Source of the DNA: Dimargaris cristalligena
Taxonomy: Eukaryota
Reading direction: 5' to 3'
DNA length: 48,117 bases
Assembly: GCA_003614675.1 (NCBI GenBank)
Contig: ML002282.1
Coordinates: forward strand, 1 to 48,117
Shown here: piece after piece, positions 26,738 through 40,223 of the stretch
How positions within the stretch are numbered: the first letter of the stretch is position 1
Layout of the letters: each line of letters starts with the position of its first letter
Notes under the pieces: model-generated
What the model was told of the DNA's origin: nothing
Seen by the model: only the letters and a program-made list of their open reading frames with translations
Databases searched by the model: none
Made by a program: the position numbers and the translations under genes

Positions 26738-27130
26738 ACCCGACCCTATTTATCCTTCTTCCCCTCTTTTTAATCCCCCACATTTGGGTAGGCTGATTTT
26801 TTTTAAGGGGCTGAGACGCACCTCCTTGTCGAAGCCCCCCCCCCCTCTTCCCCCTATTTCTCGGCTCACTTGTGGGTTTTAATAAAGGTTGACTTGGTTA
26901 ACGCACTCTCCCCGTTCTGGGATTTACCAATGGAGGGGGGGGTACCCCTAAAGTCGCTTCATGCGGCAATGTTTATTACTGAATTTACGGGGGCGCGTAC
27001 AGCAAAGAGTGCACCTGCCATCATGGCTAATCCGGTGACTGTGCATTACTCTAAATTCTGGATCGAATAGAGAAGCAAATATAGCTAGATATATATTTAT
27101 ATTTATATAGATAGACAGGCATGGTTCAAC

Positions 27131-28632
27131 CTAGCAGCAGCCCCAAGGTCGGTGCGGTGGCGGGTGAGGGTGGTGGTGGTGATGCCAGTGGGGAAAGTCC
27201 GCCACCAGTACGCCGTTACGGAAGCACACGGTAGCGCGGTTCACATCAATTCCCCGGGGCAGTCGGACCGTGCGCTCCAGCACGTCCTTTTCGCACAAAT
27301 GACCGCGGGATCGAGTGACGGCCACCACGTGAAAATGGCGACAGTCGATTTGGTAGCTCACCCGGTGTGGTTCGCAGCCCGGCGGCCACCGCATAGTCAG
27401 CCGGAAACGACCCTTTTCTTCACTCACTTCCATCATCACTCGGGTCAGGAGGTGGCAGGCTACTTCCCGGGTACAACTGGGGTCCCACCGTCGACCCCCG
27501 CCGGCCCACGGGGGAGGGGGGGATCGATGGCATCCCCGACTGCAATCCGACCCCGACGGGTGGTCGTGCCGGCATTGGCGGCGGCTTTCAAAGTGGTCCA
27601 CCAAGGTATGGGCGTGGGACAGGGGCGGGGGGTGAGGTTGATGATGACCATGACCGTGGCCGTAGGAGGGACCGCCGTCCGTTTCGTAATCGGTGCGATG
27701 GCCGGACCCTTCCAGGCGGGGGCGGTGGTCGAATATCCGACTGTTGTTATCAATCGGCTCGATACGCTTGAGCTCCGGACTTTCCTTATCATCGGAGCTC
27801 TCGGCACTGGTTGTGCCCTTGCGACGGGAACGCCAGACTTGGAAGCAGCGGTCTGTATACGGAAACCCCATAGTCTTGGTTCGGGGGATTCGTGCCAAAA
27901 AGATGGGGTTCCGCTGAAATGTAACCTATAATAGAGATATTCGAGGGAAGGTAAGGCTAGTTTGGTCAAATGAATATATTGCAGGTTACTTCACTTTGTC
28001 TATGGGGAACAGGGTGTGTCAAGAAAATTGAAAAGGGATACGATGATATCGGCTTTTATATAATATAAAATAATAATAAATGCCTGGTATAGGTCAACCG
28101 CATTTTACTAAAACATTCAGCAGTCGGTTTGAGACCTATTCTGCAGCGACCAAATACCTGCTATGAGGTTATTGGTAAACTGGTCGTATTTCTGCATTTG
28201 TTTTAAACCAGGTTTATCAATGGTTATCAACTAAGCTATGTTTCTTATCAAATATATATAATTCGTGACTATTTGTTAACCAGGTATGCCTAGTTGCCAG
28301 ACGCTTCCGGATAGCAAACCTACTCACGGGTCGGCCTGTATAAACTACCATTGACCTTAGGCCGTGACTTCGAGTTCCGGTTAAGCAATGATCTTGTATC
28401 AGCCGGTCTAAAGTCACTGGCGGTCAGGCCTGATAAAACGAGAGGCAAAAACAACTCGCCCTATGTAAAAAGGTGATCTTACCAGGGCAATGTCCCCGAA
28501 TTTACGGTATAAGTGGGTGATAAATGCAAGGCCCGTGGCATTGAATGGTCCCACCAACTCCTTAAAAATCCATCCTAGTAGTAGTAGAGTGACAAGAATC
28601 GCTGATGAAAGGGGGATTTCCGCTAAAATCAT
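27131..28632 (-). CDS. Alpha-crystallin-domain (HSP20-like) protein with a predicted N-terminal TM anchor; exons 28632-28483 and 27925-27131, ~314 aa
   Basis: C-terminal ERTVRLPRGIDVNRATVCFRNGVLVADFP fits the ACD beta7-beta9 consensus (R..xLP..VD......NGVL). Exon 1 (CACCATG context) ends CTG|GTAAGA in phase 0; acceptor TTATAG| at 27926 opens the long ORF in phase 0. ACD call is firmer than the exon join; ATG 27871 is an alternative start. Confidence 0.7.
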
Positions 28633-28771
28633 GGTGCTGTTTTATTACTATTATTTATTAACAATTCAGAGGCCAATATAAGACATGTCGAATAGATCGG
28701 CGTACTTGTGGGCTATTGCTGGTACAACCGCGTGATGATCGCATCGAAGCATAGCCCAGCTAGCAATCCAT

Positions 28772-29599
28772 TTAAAAATCACACCGACTATTGTAGGATA
28801 GACTGACCAGGGAGCACGAGTTGCCCAAGATTTTGATTTGACAAACGGTTCTATTTACTACGCAGTTGGAAATGCTGATGGCGCCCGATAGTTTGTTGGC
28901 GAACCTGAGGATTGAACAGGAGCAGTGTGGACCCCGATGAATAAAAATAGGAATATATATATATATATATATGTAAAGTGGTTAGATAATTTTCCGGTTA
29001 ATCAGAGAAGAGTACTTGAAGCACGACCTGTATATACACTTCAAGAAGCCCGGTGTAGAATCGGCACTGGGGTATTATCACCCGGGCCTTGATACTGGGG
29101 CTACTTTGGGAAGGGAAGGAAAGTGTATTTGTGACTTACGACTTGGGACACCGGATTATGCTGGTCGTGTCGAGGGGGTCAAAGGACATGATATCAATGA
29201 CATCAACCGATTGCAGACTTCCGAAGAGGTTCGACGCAACATAGTCGATGGCGTCTTTGAAATCAAGTTCGTCTATTTCGCTCAATTTGGTTGAGTCCCC
29301 GTTGACAGTCAGTCTATAGAATTACAGCCAATATATATATATATATATACCCGAGGTGGTGGTATTCCGGTCGTGTATTCAAATGGTTAGAATGTCGGAG
29401 TGGAAGACGTGAATTAGAGACAAGTTGATTGTGTGAGGTTGTCGCTAGTGGGGCTCCTCATTTTACTTAGGGTGGGTACTTATGTTAGTGAAGGTCTATA
29501 TTCGGCCGCAACCTACAATTGCAATTTGAAGTAATGCCAGTCGGCTCCCCGGAGAACCGTTTTGTGAAAGGGCTGCTTGCGGGTCTCTGTAGTCGTCAT
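28772..29599 (-). CDS. POP8: RNase P/MRP subunit, Pop8/Rpp14 family, 129 aa; exons 29599-29517, 29313-29140, 28904-28772
   Basis: Manual splicing gives MTTTETRKQPFHKTVLRGADWHYFKLQLLTVNGDSTKLSEIDELDFKDAIDYVASNLFGSLQSVDVIDIMSFDPLDTTSIIRCPKSFANKLSGAISISNCVVNRTVCQIKILGNSCSLVSLSYNSRCDF. Both introns are phase 2 (GTAGGT..TATAG; GTAAGT..CTCAG). Motifs WHYFKL, LFG....DI, IIRC and LS.NSR resemble Pop8/Rpp14 as I recall them. Confidence 0.88.
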
Positions 29600-32500
29600 G
29601 GTAGTTGGAATGACTGAGGGGGGTGGTGGTTTCGATATAAAGCGTAAATGTGAAACTAGACTACTAAACCAAATGGCAAAAATAATAGGAATAATAGGAG
29701 AATAACTGGCAATAGTCAGCCTGGCATCGAGGACTCGTTCGCTGATCGCGCTCTGAGCAATGCCAATGGTGCTTAGGGCTGTAGGCGGTTCTGATCCTTG
29801 ACTGGGTCAGGGCAAGGGGCACAAGATCTCTCCCGAGCCTCGCACTGAAAAAATCGCCAAACGGACTCTGGATTTTACCCAAATTAGGTGGTACTCGATT
29901 TTTCCTCTTTCAGGTTGCCTTTAATGAAAAATTCCCCCAGCTAGACTGTGTAGATCACCCACTGTAGTGCCTACACAATCCCCCTCGGACACATGTCGTG
30001 AAGGCAGTTTCCCGCCACTCCAAGGGGGGGCAAAGGTCCCTCTTTTCGACTAGACCTGGGCTCTCTATATTTGGGCCGACTATTTCTGGCCGGGGGACAT
30101 TTCAGTTCAACAAACTTAGGAGAAGGAATAGAGTCTTGTGGTTGGAGGATATCGAATTCTCCCCTCTATTCATTCCACCACTACCTCTGTTGATTGCAAG
30201 GGCCTTCTGCTTCTCCCTCCGAATTTAACCAATTTTGGCCATTCATCGTTTGGGTAAAATGGTCTTAGGTTACCCTCGACTATACTATTAAGCGGGATTC
30301 TTTATTTTAAATTTTTATTTTATAACGGTAGCGAGGCCGTTATTACGAAATACCACCACAACGGCCTTGGCTTCCAAACCATGGTGCTGCTTAATATGAG
30401 GCCTTGGACAATTAAAATAGGGCCCGTGAAAATGGAAAGTGGGGAGTGTCAGCCAACCATCTAGATCACCGGCGGCTCAGCCGAGATCAACCGCTGGAAG
30501 TCGAGGGTGTAGATAGGAGGGAGGTGATGATATCTCAGACCAGCCCCATCCATCTGCGACAGACCACAGCCATTAGGGGGCCATGCGTGTTCTTAACCCA
30601 GCTTCCGAAATGAATGAAGTACAACCTCCCTCTACCTGCCAAGCGGACGACCATGGAAGCAAAAGAAAGGGCCGGCAGCCTGGAGACGCCTCGTTTCCTC
30701 GAATCCCCCCGTAAAGTAGAGGGTACTAATAATTATAATTATAATAATGTATATATATATATATATATTATAAAACTGGCTTGCTGCAGTCGACGACCAC
30801 CTATGTCCGTTAGCGATAATTTAATATACGACGTCTTCCATCCCATCCCACGGGTTCACACGAGCCAGTACAACCCGGTTGGCGGGGTGGTGGATACAGT
30901 CCCGTACCCCCGTCGCGTCGGGAGGGGGGCGGTGGTGGCCACCGCTTGTGCGTATCTAACGGCAGCGACCATGACGACGATATCCATTGGTTATGGGCAT
31001 GTCATGCAGAACAAGAGCCCTCTCCCCTCATACACACTGACATGTCTACACACACACAGACATGTCCCCTTGAAGCCATCTTCTTCTTTATACAGCCCTC
31101 CATTCCTCCTGTATTATATCGGTAGTGTTGTCATGCGTTCTATTCTTTAACCCGGACATCTATACTGTTCCGCCCCCCCTCCTCCGACTTGACATGGTTC
31201 GGTGCCACTTACCCCTTTCAGGGTCTATTCCGACGGGAAAAAAGTCCGTGTCAGTCATCTCCGATCTAGCTGCAAGTTTATGCTTGGTTCCACTTGATCT
31301 ATTTTTACGAAGAAAGGGGGGTGTCGGCGAAGAAGAAGAGGGGGATGAAGAAAAGGGGGGTGCGGTGATGGCGGAGGGAGTGGGGGCCCACAGTGTACGT
31401 CACATTGTATTGCTAAGTAGCGAGTGAATTATGGGGTTGGCAACTGGTAAATTTAATCCAGTCCAAAAAAACACCAAATGGGCGTAATAGTATAGTAGAC
31501 ATTATTAGTAGGTTTTTGTTTGATGATGGCAGCCCCGATTCTATTTGGTAAACGGGGAACTTAACTACCCATCTATCTTCCACCTTCTACTTGCCACATC
31601 CCCTTCCTCTCTATTTTCGCCCCAACGTTGTCCTAAAGCGGGTTAAAGTGTTTGGGTGCAATCGAACGAAGTTTACAGGACCTTGCACCCAACCGCAGCT
31701 GGTTGGGGGGGGGGCATGCGCCAAGAAAAGAAATATTCTATAATTGGCCCCACCCAAGTCTTGGAAGGCTTAATTGTACTCGTAGGTAAAGCCTCGTCTC
31801 GGCTTACAGTCGCGAAGAAGGGACACCCACTTGATCCAAAAATGGAATTAAAGGAACTTTCCTGGCGAATGCCTGGGGTCATTTACACCGATTGGTAATG
31901 TTCGGAAATCTGGTTTGAAGGCAGGTAACGAAAGGCTCGCTATGGCATGTGAGCCGATGCCGGTTTCGATTGTGCCGGAGGTACTGCCATTTATTGATCA
32001 AGTGCCTGGTACCCAGAAAATAACCGTAGGACTGTACGGCTAGGTATTCAGTTCTTATCTACCAAGCACTACTTTCCGGATCATTCAGAATGAGTCCCTT
32101 ATCAGTCGTGTACAAGTCAGTGGGTCTCTTTCCATTTTCATCGCAAACCACTCCTTCTCCTCCTATTATTTCCCTACTAGTTCATTATAATATTCCCAGC
32201 AATCTTCCATGTCAATAAGAGGCTTCAATGTTTTGGACAACATCCCCACGTCGATTCATCACGAATCTGCAATAAGCCCGAGCGCAACTGACAATGGTCA
32301 GTAAACCAAAAAAACAACAACTTATATTAAAGAGAACGGATGGGTAGGTTGCCCACACACCTGCCCATAATACCCATCCGTGCATTAGGCCTGGCTAATG
32401 GAATGGGCTGAAACGGCGGCCCTTTAATGTATGGGTGTGTGTATGTGGATTCACCCCTATTTGACCCAACTAAGCGGGTATTTATTTTCCACATGCTGGG

Positions 32501-35500
32501 TTCGTTCCCAATCTATTAGGATCCAGCACCGGCCGTGACTTGGACAAACATCATTAAGAAAATAAACAAGCTGAAGGAAAGGTGGGCGGCGGGAGAGGTG
32601 AAGGTGGTCTCCTATTTAGTCACCAAGGTAAAAGGATGACCGACAAATAATTCGGTTAGGCGCGAGTATTGGTTTAGGGATTACTATGAATGGGTGAAGG
32701 ATTGGGAGGGGGGCTTTTGTGTACCGAATAAAGGCCAGATGGTGGTAAATCTACTACGATGTATCTCGATGGACTTCAGTCCCGTCGGTTGTGAGGTCAG
32801 TGCTACCCACCCGCACAGTCACATTTCCCGAGAGTCTTTCCAAGGCAGGTCTTGCCGTTGTTTGGAACTCGGATCTTAAAATTAAGGGGCACCGTAACCA
32901 TTAATAATAGTTTTCTAGAAAAGTACCCATCACCTTGCCCCCACCCCAGCGCCTCCCATGACACTCGGAACGGTTAGGAGATTGGGCTAGGGCAACGCTG
33001 GCTTTTCCTATGCACGATGCCACGAGATGGACGTCTGTGCCGGGTGTGCTCCGCTGGGAATTACAATGTAATACCACTGATTGATTTTCCTGGTATCATC
33101 TTACCGTGGCACCATCACCGTATGTTCCTTCATGCTGGGGCGGGGAAGGGGTTAACAATAGACCTGAAAGCCTGCAGTCAGAAGATATGTCCAGCGAATG
33201 ATTCGATTTCTTCCACCTATTTTTAGGTGTAATCGATTAAAAAAAAGGGGGTTCCCTGGGCGACATACAGATCCCGTTACTGCGACCATTATTATCCCTC
33301 TTTGACCAGTTGGAACTATTGCACCTGTACTTTCCGGGGTAGATCCTTTTACTTGTGGTGCTTGAAGTACCTGCCGGGTCACCCATTTCGCCTGAATATT
33401 ACTTGATGGCCCCACCACTGAACCTGATTTAGCATATTGTTTAATGGGGAGAGACAATGTAATTCCCATCACCTTCCTGATGACCTGACACCCATTGATT
33501 TTTGTTTACCGCTCATTGTTGTGGGGTACCGACGTGTTAAGGAATAAACGATCAAATAGCTATTTTGGAGGAAGAATGGTCGATACACAGTATACAATCT
33601 ACTTGGTAAATGAATGGGAGGGACCGGGTGCTGGTCGGTTTAGGCAGTCGCTTGTAAGCCAGTGGCTATACTCAAGTCCCTCATGTTATTTGTTCTTTTC
33701 TATTTCTATTCTCTATTTTTGGGGACAGGCCCGGATCTTAACAAGAGTAATCGATTCCTTTAGTCAGCCGGCGAACTAGTTGAATCAGAAAGCGGATTCT
33801 GGAAGGACGTAATGTAGGTATTAGCCAAAGTATGAGCTGACACATGCGTTGTTCTCCACCAAACAATTTAAAGATTCTAATCAGAACCTCATAATTTCCT
33901 TACGTATCCCTCTCCTCCTCCATGGAATGGCCAAGAGAAATGAACCTATTGGGCCGATACTTTTTCCCGCGTCCACACCGTCGCCTTTTTCAAGATATGT
34001 CGCCCCACCCTAATGCACCTCGTCCCTTCTCCCGCGCGCCTTGGCTCGACTACGGACAGCTTTCCGTAGATATCAAGAATAAGACAGTCGACGTAATACC
34101 AGCAACGTAAGGCAGACCTTGCAGTGGGCAGCGCAGCAGGTGAACAGTTGTTATACGCTTAAACCATTTCCCATGGCCTAAAATTGGAAGCCCTTCAGGT
34201 CGTGGTGGGGAAAATGACAGGTGACGATATGAAAAGAGTTAGTGGGAAACATAGAGATGTATTACATATTAACCCCGGCACTGTAATACATACATTGGAG
34301 TTGAAAATCTCGCAAGAAATATAGAGCGAGCAAAAAAACTATAATAATAATAATAAGGAAAAGGATACACCAGACGACTCCCTTCGCCCGCCTCTTAAAA
34401 TTCCCCCCACCACCAGCCTATTACTCCGCCTTCGTTTAATACTTCACCTCCCTATCACCTCCTACCTTCATCATCGACTTTGAAACCACCGTCCATGGAA
34501 GAGTATAGTTCAGCCAACACAGTTGAGCCGAGGTGTAAGAGGAGTGGCTAGCCCCTCCCTCCCCCTGTCGGTGAACTGCACAGGCATGTCTGGTGCAGTG
34601 CACCGCCACTGGTGACCCGGACTTACAAGTCCACCGGTCTAGTCGGCTGTAGTCGGGAGCGGAATGGTGGTGAAGTGAGCGAGAGAGCCCCAGCGAGGCT
34701 GATAAGGAGAGGAGGGGAAAGGGAGAGTGGGAAGAATCCTCAGAACCATACACACCCTTGGATTTGTAGCGAATGTATGGTCTAGCGCTAGCGAGCGCGA
34801 CGGAGCTGGTGTGTAAAGGAGGGAAACGGGCGACATTTTCAGGCATGCGTGATGGGAATAGTGGGTATACCCCATACAGAGCAAGGCTGACTGGGCGGGG
34901 GTCTCCAGGGGAAGTAGGCAATGAATGGCCAATTTACCTATTGGTGTAACAGTCTTATATATATATATATATATTAGTTAAAGAAAATTACTTATACAAC
35001 TATATAGTCAGCGCCACCCGTCGGATCAAATAGTACGATACCATTCGTCCAACGACCAAAGTAGGACAGATGGTGTTCTTTGACAGTGTCGTATATTGGA
35101 ATAGCAATTGGGCGACCCTCACCCTTCATCCTCCATTTTCAGGTAACTACAAGTGGGTCAACTGAAAGAGCGGATTCTGCAACGAACTCCCGGTAAAACT
35201 GTGCGGCCGGAAGCAATATATCCTTGTATCCACATAGTTGGGCTACCCCTTTGCGGGTAGCAGTAATTAAACATCCCCTACGCTTAACTTTAATCGATTT
35301 CTTACACAGTCCCGTACAGTAATAAACCATTGTGATATATACATACCGTACAATTACGAGAAATAGTATTAGTGCTTATGACCAATATAGAATAACGGGT
35401 AGGGTTGTTGAATGGCGTTGTTGCACATGTGTGTCTGTTTGGAGAGGCCGTAAATAAAGGCGGATAGTAATTGAACCATTGTGTATACCGCTATGTGTAA

Positions 35501-38500
35501 TTTCATTAGTGATGTTTACGAGGGATGGACATTGGGAACCACCCATAAGGTACGCAGTCAGCCCGCTGCTGGAGGGTTAGCCACTAATCCGCGCGCTTCG
35601 CCGGGTTAACTTTATGGAAATGTAAGCGAGAATTAAGCACCTTGGATACTCCAATCCCTAACTGAAGTTGCGAAAAAGGGGTTTTTATAATAATATATAA
35701 TATGGTAGTAGACTGGGATTTAAACGGTTCATATATTCGACGATCTTGACCGATGGAGGAAACAATCACCTTCCATTTCCACCCAATCGCTATTTTGGAA
35801 CACCAGAGCTTGGGAAACCTACAAACAGGGGATTTGCGGCATCTTGAGGTTGCTGGGCAATGTATGATCTTATTATTATTATTATTATTATTATTTGGGG
35901 GGGAGGGAGGAGTGTAATTATGGTTCATTTTTGGCAAGTTAGTCTCGGCATTGGGGGAATTATTAACCCCTTACACAAACGTTCCTAATTTACCACTCCG
36001 CACGAGCAGTCCACGCATGCCTCCCACAATGCACACTGAGCATAACACATACGCCTAGTGAGCGGCCTCAGTCGCACTTCACCCGATCTTTGCATTTTCG
36101 AGTAAAAATGATATAATGGTATCATTCAGTACAGGTTCATATACACCCTCCTTTTCGATTTCTTTTTCATATATAAAAATCGGACATGGAGGCGTGGGTC
36201 TTTCAGTTACGACGACTCGATGAAACCCCGCCCCAATCCTAAAAGGGCTAGCCATGCGGGTCACTGTCAGTTCGTCAGGCTATACAGTTGGGGCACGCCT
36301 TGCATTGGCGAAAACAAAATAACCCACTGTAAAAATGTCAGTCTACGAATCACCTTATCGCTATTCAATTATATGTTTTTTTAAACCAAACCCCCCTAAT
36401 AATCGTTTCCGTATATTTCACTAAACCCAACGAACAATTAACGATCCCCCCCATTATATCGCCACCATCTTAAAACCCGGAAGGGGGAGGGACTGAATCA
36501 TATAAAAAAAACCAATGATGATTTCTTTGGTTCCCGCCCTTCAAGTGGTAAAGAGGAGTAGATTTGGGAGTGAATCCCCCACTGCTTTCATGTTAGGGTG
36601 ACTGGGATTTGCGGACCAGTTCCCGCACAAATTCGCTGGGCTGCGTTCCCTTTTTTCTTGGACCTTCCCCAACCCGCGGATGGATGCCGCCATTTCAACC
36701 ACTCTTGGGGTACCTCGCGTGACCTCCCGGGTGAGAGCGGAGGGTTCCCAGCTGGTGCAAGGGTGGGAATCGTCGCTGAGCTGCTGGCGAAGACATCTCC
36801 CCTCCTTCTTTCCAGTACGCTCCATTGTGTTTCAAGGAATATGGGAACCCCAGCGACACTTTAATTTCTACAGCCTTCTAAACAGGATTCCTCTTTTGCT
36901 AGATAATCCCCGGCTTCAGCGTTACAGATGCCTTTGGTGGGGGATAAAGATTCTCTCCAAAGAAAAGAATAGCGGATCTTGTCTGATGTTATATTTAGAC
37001 CATGGTACGCCATTATTATTCCTATACAATGTCGACTCCAAATTCGACCTGAACGCCATTCACCCTTCATTCTACGTTACTTACATATCAGCGGTGGTTT
37101 CCGCATGCACCGCAATCCATTCATACAAAGGGAACTTACGGTGTGTACTGGGCAAGATTAGCGAGAATGGGGAGAGTGCAAATGTATTCGAGCGACCTTT
37201 TTGGAATGGAATGTCCCCCTCCCTTCTCTCGCATATGCCGAGAAAACACACCGGCCCAGTCCCTCATGCACACTAATGCACGTCGGTATTTGGTCGCATT
37301 TCGAATTGAATTCACGGTTGGTGGGGCGGGTTATTAGGTGGGCTAATGTAGGTGCGCATGGGTTATGTCTTTCCCTAGCAACTTCGTCCATCCCCCCCCT
37401 TCCTTATCTTTCATTCTCGTTCTTCCCCCTCTCTCGCTTTTTTTTTATTTCACGCAGCACCACGACTGGAACGGGTTTCCCGTAAATGAGCTCCGAGCCG
37501 CTGCACCTTGACTGAACTGTACCCGTCACTCTCTTTTTGCCACGCAGCAATGATATATGTTCAGTCAGTAGGTGTCTAGATCCTTCCTTAACCGGGTGGA
37601 AATTACCTGTATTCAGAGGTAGGGCAATCCCCAGCATCCCTGACAGGGTGGGGGAGGCGCGGTCGGAAAGTGCCTCGTCATTATTCAACGAAAATCGGTC
37701 CAACCCTTATTATGCCTCGACTGATAAATCACTGGACCATACCTTTTAATGGAGGCGTTGGTGATGTCCAGGGAGGAGGAGAAAGTGGTGAAGGCCGCCC
37801 CCATCATTAAGGGGAGTGGAAGGGGGGGGGGCAATAGGGCCATGCGCCTTGCGATACTTCCTGATGCATAAACGGCTGTCCCGTATAACCTCCGACTGGA
37901 TGTCCCTTCCCCCATGGCCGCTGCCTAATTAGTCCCCGTTTCTTTCGAGCGTGGACTAACTAACCTTAGCCCCTCCCTACTTCGTGGGGTCTACTCGAGA
38001 TGTAAACAAGACCGACAAAAGCCCTTAATTGTGGGCGCGCGATGGCATAATAAGTGAGGTTTGGCTCCTTCGTCAACAATCCCCTCCCTCCAACAACATA
38101 ATAATACCCTGCGGGAGGAGTACCCTGGCTCATTTTTGGAGTCGCGGCTTGTGGTTATGAGCACCATTGCCATTAACATTACTATAGCAAGAAGCTCTTG
38201 TGTATTCCCTTCCTCTCGTCACCCACCCCCTGCCTATCTGCCTGTCTGTCTACCTGCTGTCGGTATCCCCCCTCTCTCACCTAAGGGCAGGGGCAGGGGT
38301 TCGATGCACTTACTGGCTTCCCGATGACTGTTTCGTAAACACAATCGAAACCACCTAGTTCGAGTCACCGCTTCCCGTCAAATATTCGCACACGCCCGAC
38401 ACACTGCACCCCGGATGACCGACCTTTTTCAGGGTACGCTGGCAATCCACGGCTAATTACTGGGGCCGAGAATGAGGCGCGGGTCCGTCGACAAGGGCGG

Positions 38501-40223
38501 CCATCCCGATGATGAGCTACTCTATTTTGGTCCATCCACCGAACTGTATGGGCGATGATGAAGATAGCCAAGTCTATTTCCCCTTCCCTATACCACTGTA
38601 CACTACGACCATAAAGGAGGTCCCCGGGCACAGTACCTCCTTTCCATTTGCCTCCTAGTCCTTCCCAATTCGACATGATGTTCATCCTACTGACTGGGGT
38701 CTTAAGAAACGATCCATAAGGAGAAAGGTGGGCTTTTCAGGGGATATTAAAGGGCAAGTAGTGTATATAATGCCAAGTTCAATAAAACTAAGTAAAGTAA
38801 AATATGGCATATGTGTTATGTGGTATGTAAGGCGCCCTCTCTCGTCTTGGGATGACCACTCCCCCCCTCTTCCGAGCCGCCTCGCACCCTATTCTCACAT
38901 GTCCCCTTCCCCAAACTTCAAATAATCATTTATGAGCCTGGGGATGCTGGTCAAGTATAAGTCGCAATCCTGAGTCGCGGTGTAATATAAAACTGGGATG
39001 CGATTGAACCTAGTATGAAGGTTCCCCAGATGGAATTAGTCGGGGTTCACATATACCGGGTTCTTCTCACATGGAAAAAGTCACTGGGTTGACCAGAGAG
39101 TCGGGAATCCGGTTCCCCAACCTTTTTGTCCCGCCCTGACAGGCCCACGGTCCTACGCCGCACGTTAAGAACCCTATGGTCGGGAAAGCCCTAGCTTTTG
39201 GACCACCTCCTCCCCATTCACAGACCCCTAAGTGACCAATGCGCGGGGATCAATGTAAACTATCCAGTACAAGTATTACTACGAACGGGGAAACTTGGGT
39301 AGAAGTCTGTTTATTTGCCTGGCGGGAGCTGGATTCCAGATGTTTGGTGGGGTTGGAAGCACTCGTTCCGATGGGAGATGGGTATGCCAATATTTGTGCA
39401 ATGGGTGTGGTAGGACGGTGGGTATTCCGGGTCAATGGAAGTTGCTTGGCGATGAGCCAGGGATCCGTGACTGGACCAAATTGGGCTTCGCACGGAAGCC
39501 AGGCGGGGAGATGGAAGCGTGGTTGCCATGACGATAGACCACCACTAGGCAGAAGAGAAGAGGCTCACCGAAGGGGGAAGCATTAAGGGGGGGTGTGGAC
39601 CCGCTAATTAGCGTAGTCGCGAGCCGCGGTCGAGTTATCCGACGCAATCTGCAAAGCTTCAACCGTGTATACGCTTGCCCCTGTATTATACCGATGCCCG
39701 TCAATGTCGGTTGGTTGACCGGTGTGACGCCGGAGTGTGAAGCAACGGAGAGTCCGCCCGTAATTAGGGTGCTTTTTTTGGGTCTGATATACTGGATCCT
39801 ACATGGGCATATGTAGGTTGAAGTAGCAGTCGTGGTATTAGCCATTGACAGTCGTTCAGTTCATGTAACTCGCGCCCCTCCCCCCACCTCCACCTCCTCT
39901 TTCTCCCTGTCCTTGTTCTCCTTTCACTTCCGTCTCTCTCTCGCATCCTTCCTCACATTACCCATGTCGTTCACCCATTTTTATTATCGGGTTTGCCATT
40001 ACCATATTTTTTTTAAAAAATTATTCATCATATGCCATGCATGCCTCTCCCTACTTTGAATGACCCTCGACTGTAGTAAATGAATTCTACGCAAGGCGCT
40101 CAATCACTTTTTTGATCCAGGTCAGATCAACCACCAAATACAGATTTATACATGTTATTTGACTTCCTCTAAGGGCACCACACCATATACCCTTCTATTA
40201 TTATTAATGGGCGCCGCAGAATG

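Noticed and set aside
29016-29294. 92-aa plus-strand ORF
   Set aside because: Antisense to POP8 exon 2 and intron 2.
36680-37276. 198-aa ORF, and other 60-220 aa ORFs in 30-42 kb
   Set aside because: No recognisable motifs and none of the codon bias seen in real genes here; some run through (AT)n tracts.
33503-38341. Forkhead consensus GTAAACA/TGTTTAC sites (33503, 35513, 38002, 38335) as autoregulation
   Set aside because: Four dispersed 7-mers over ~12 kb is too close to chance expectation.
38295-38370. GTTCGA T-loop-like words here and at ~7516, ~24628 and ~29229
   Set aside because: No cloverleaf stems or A-box around them; no tRNA called.
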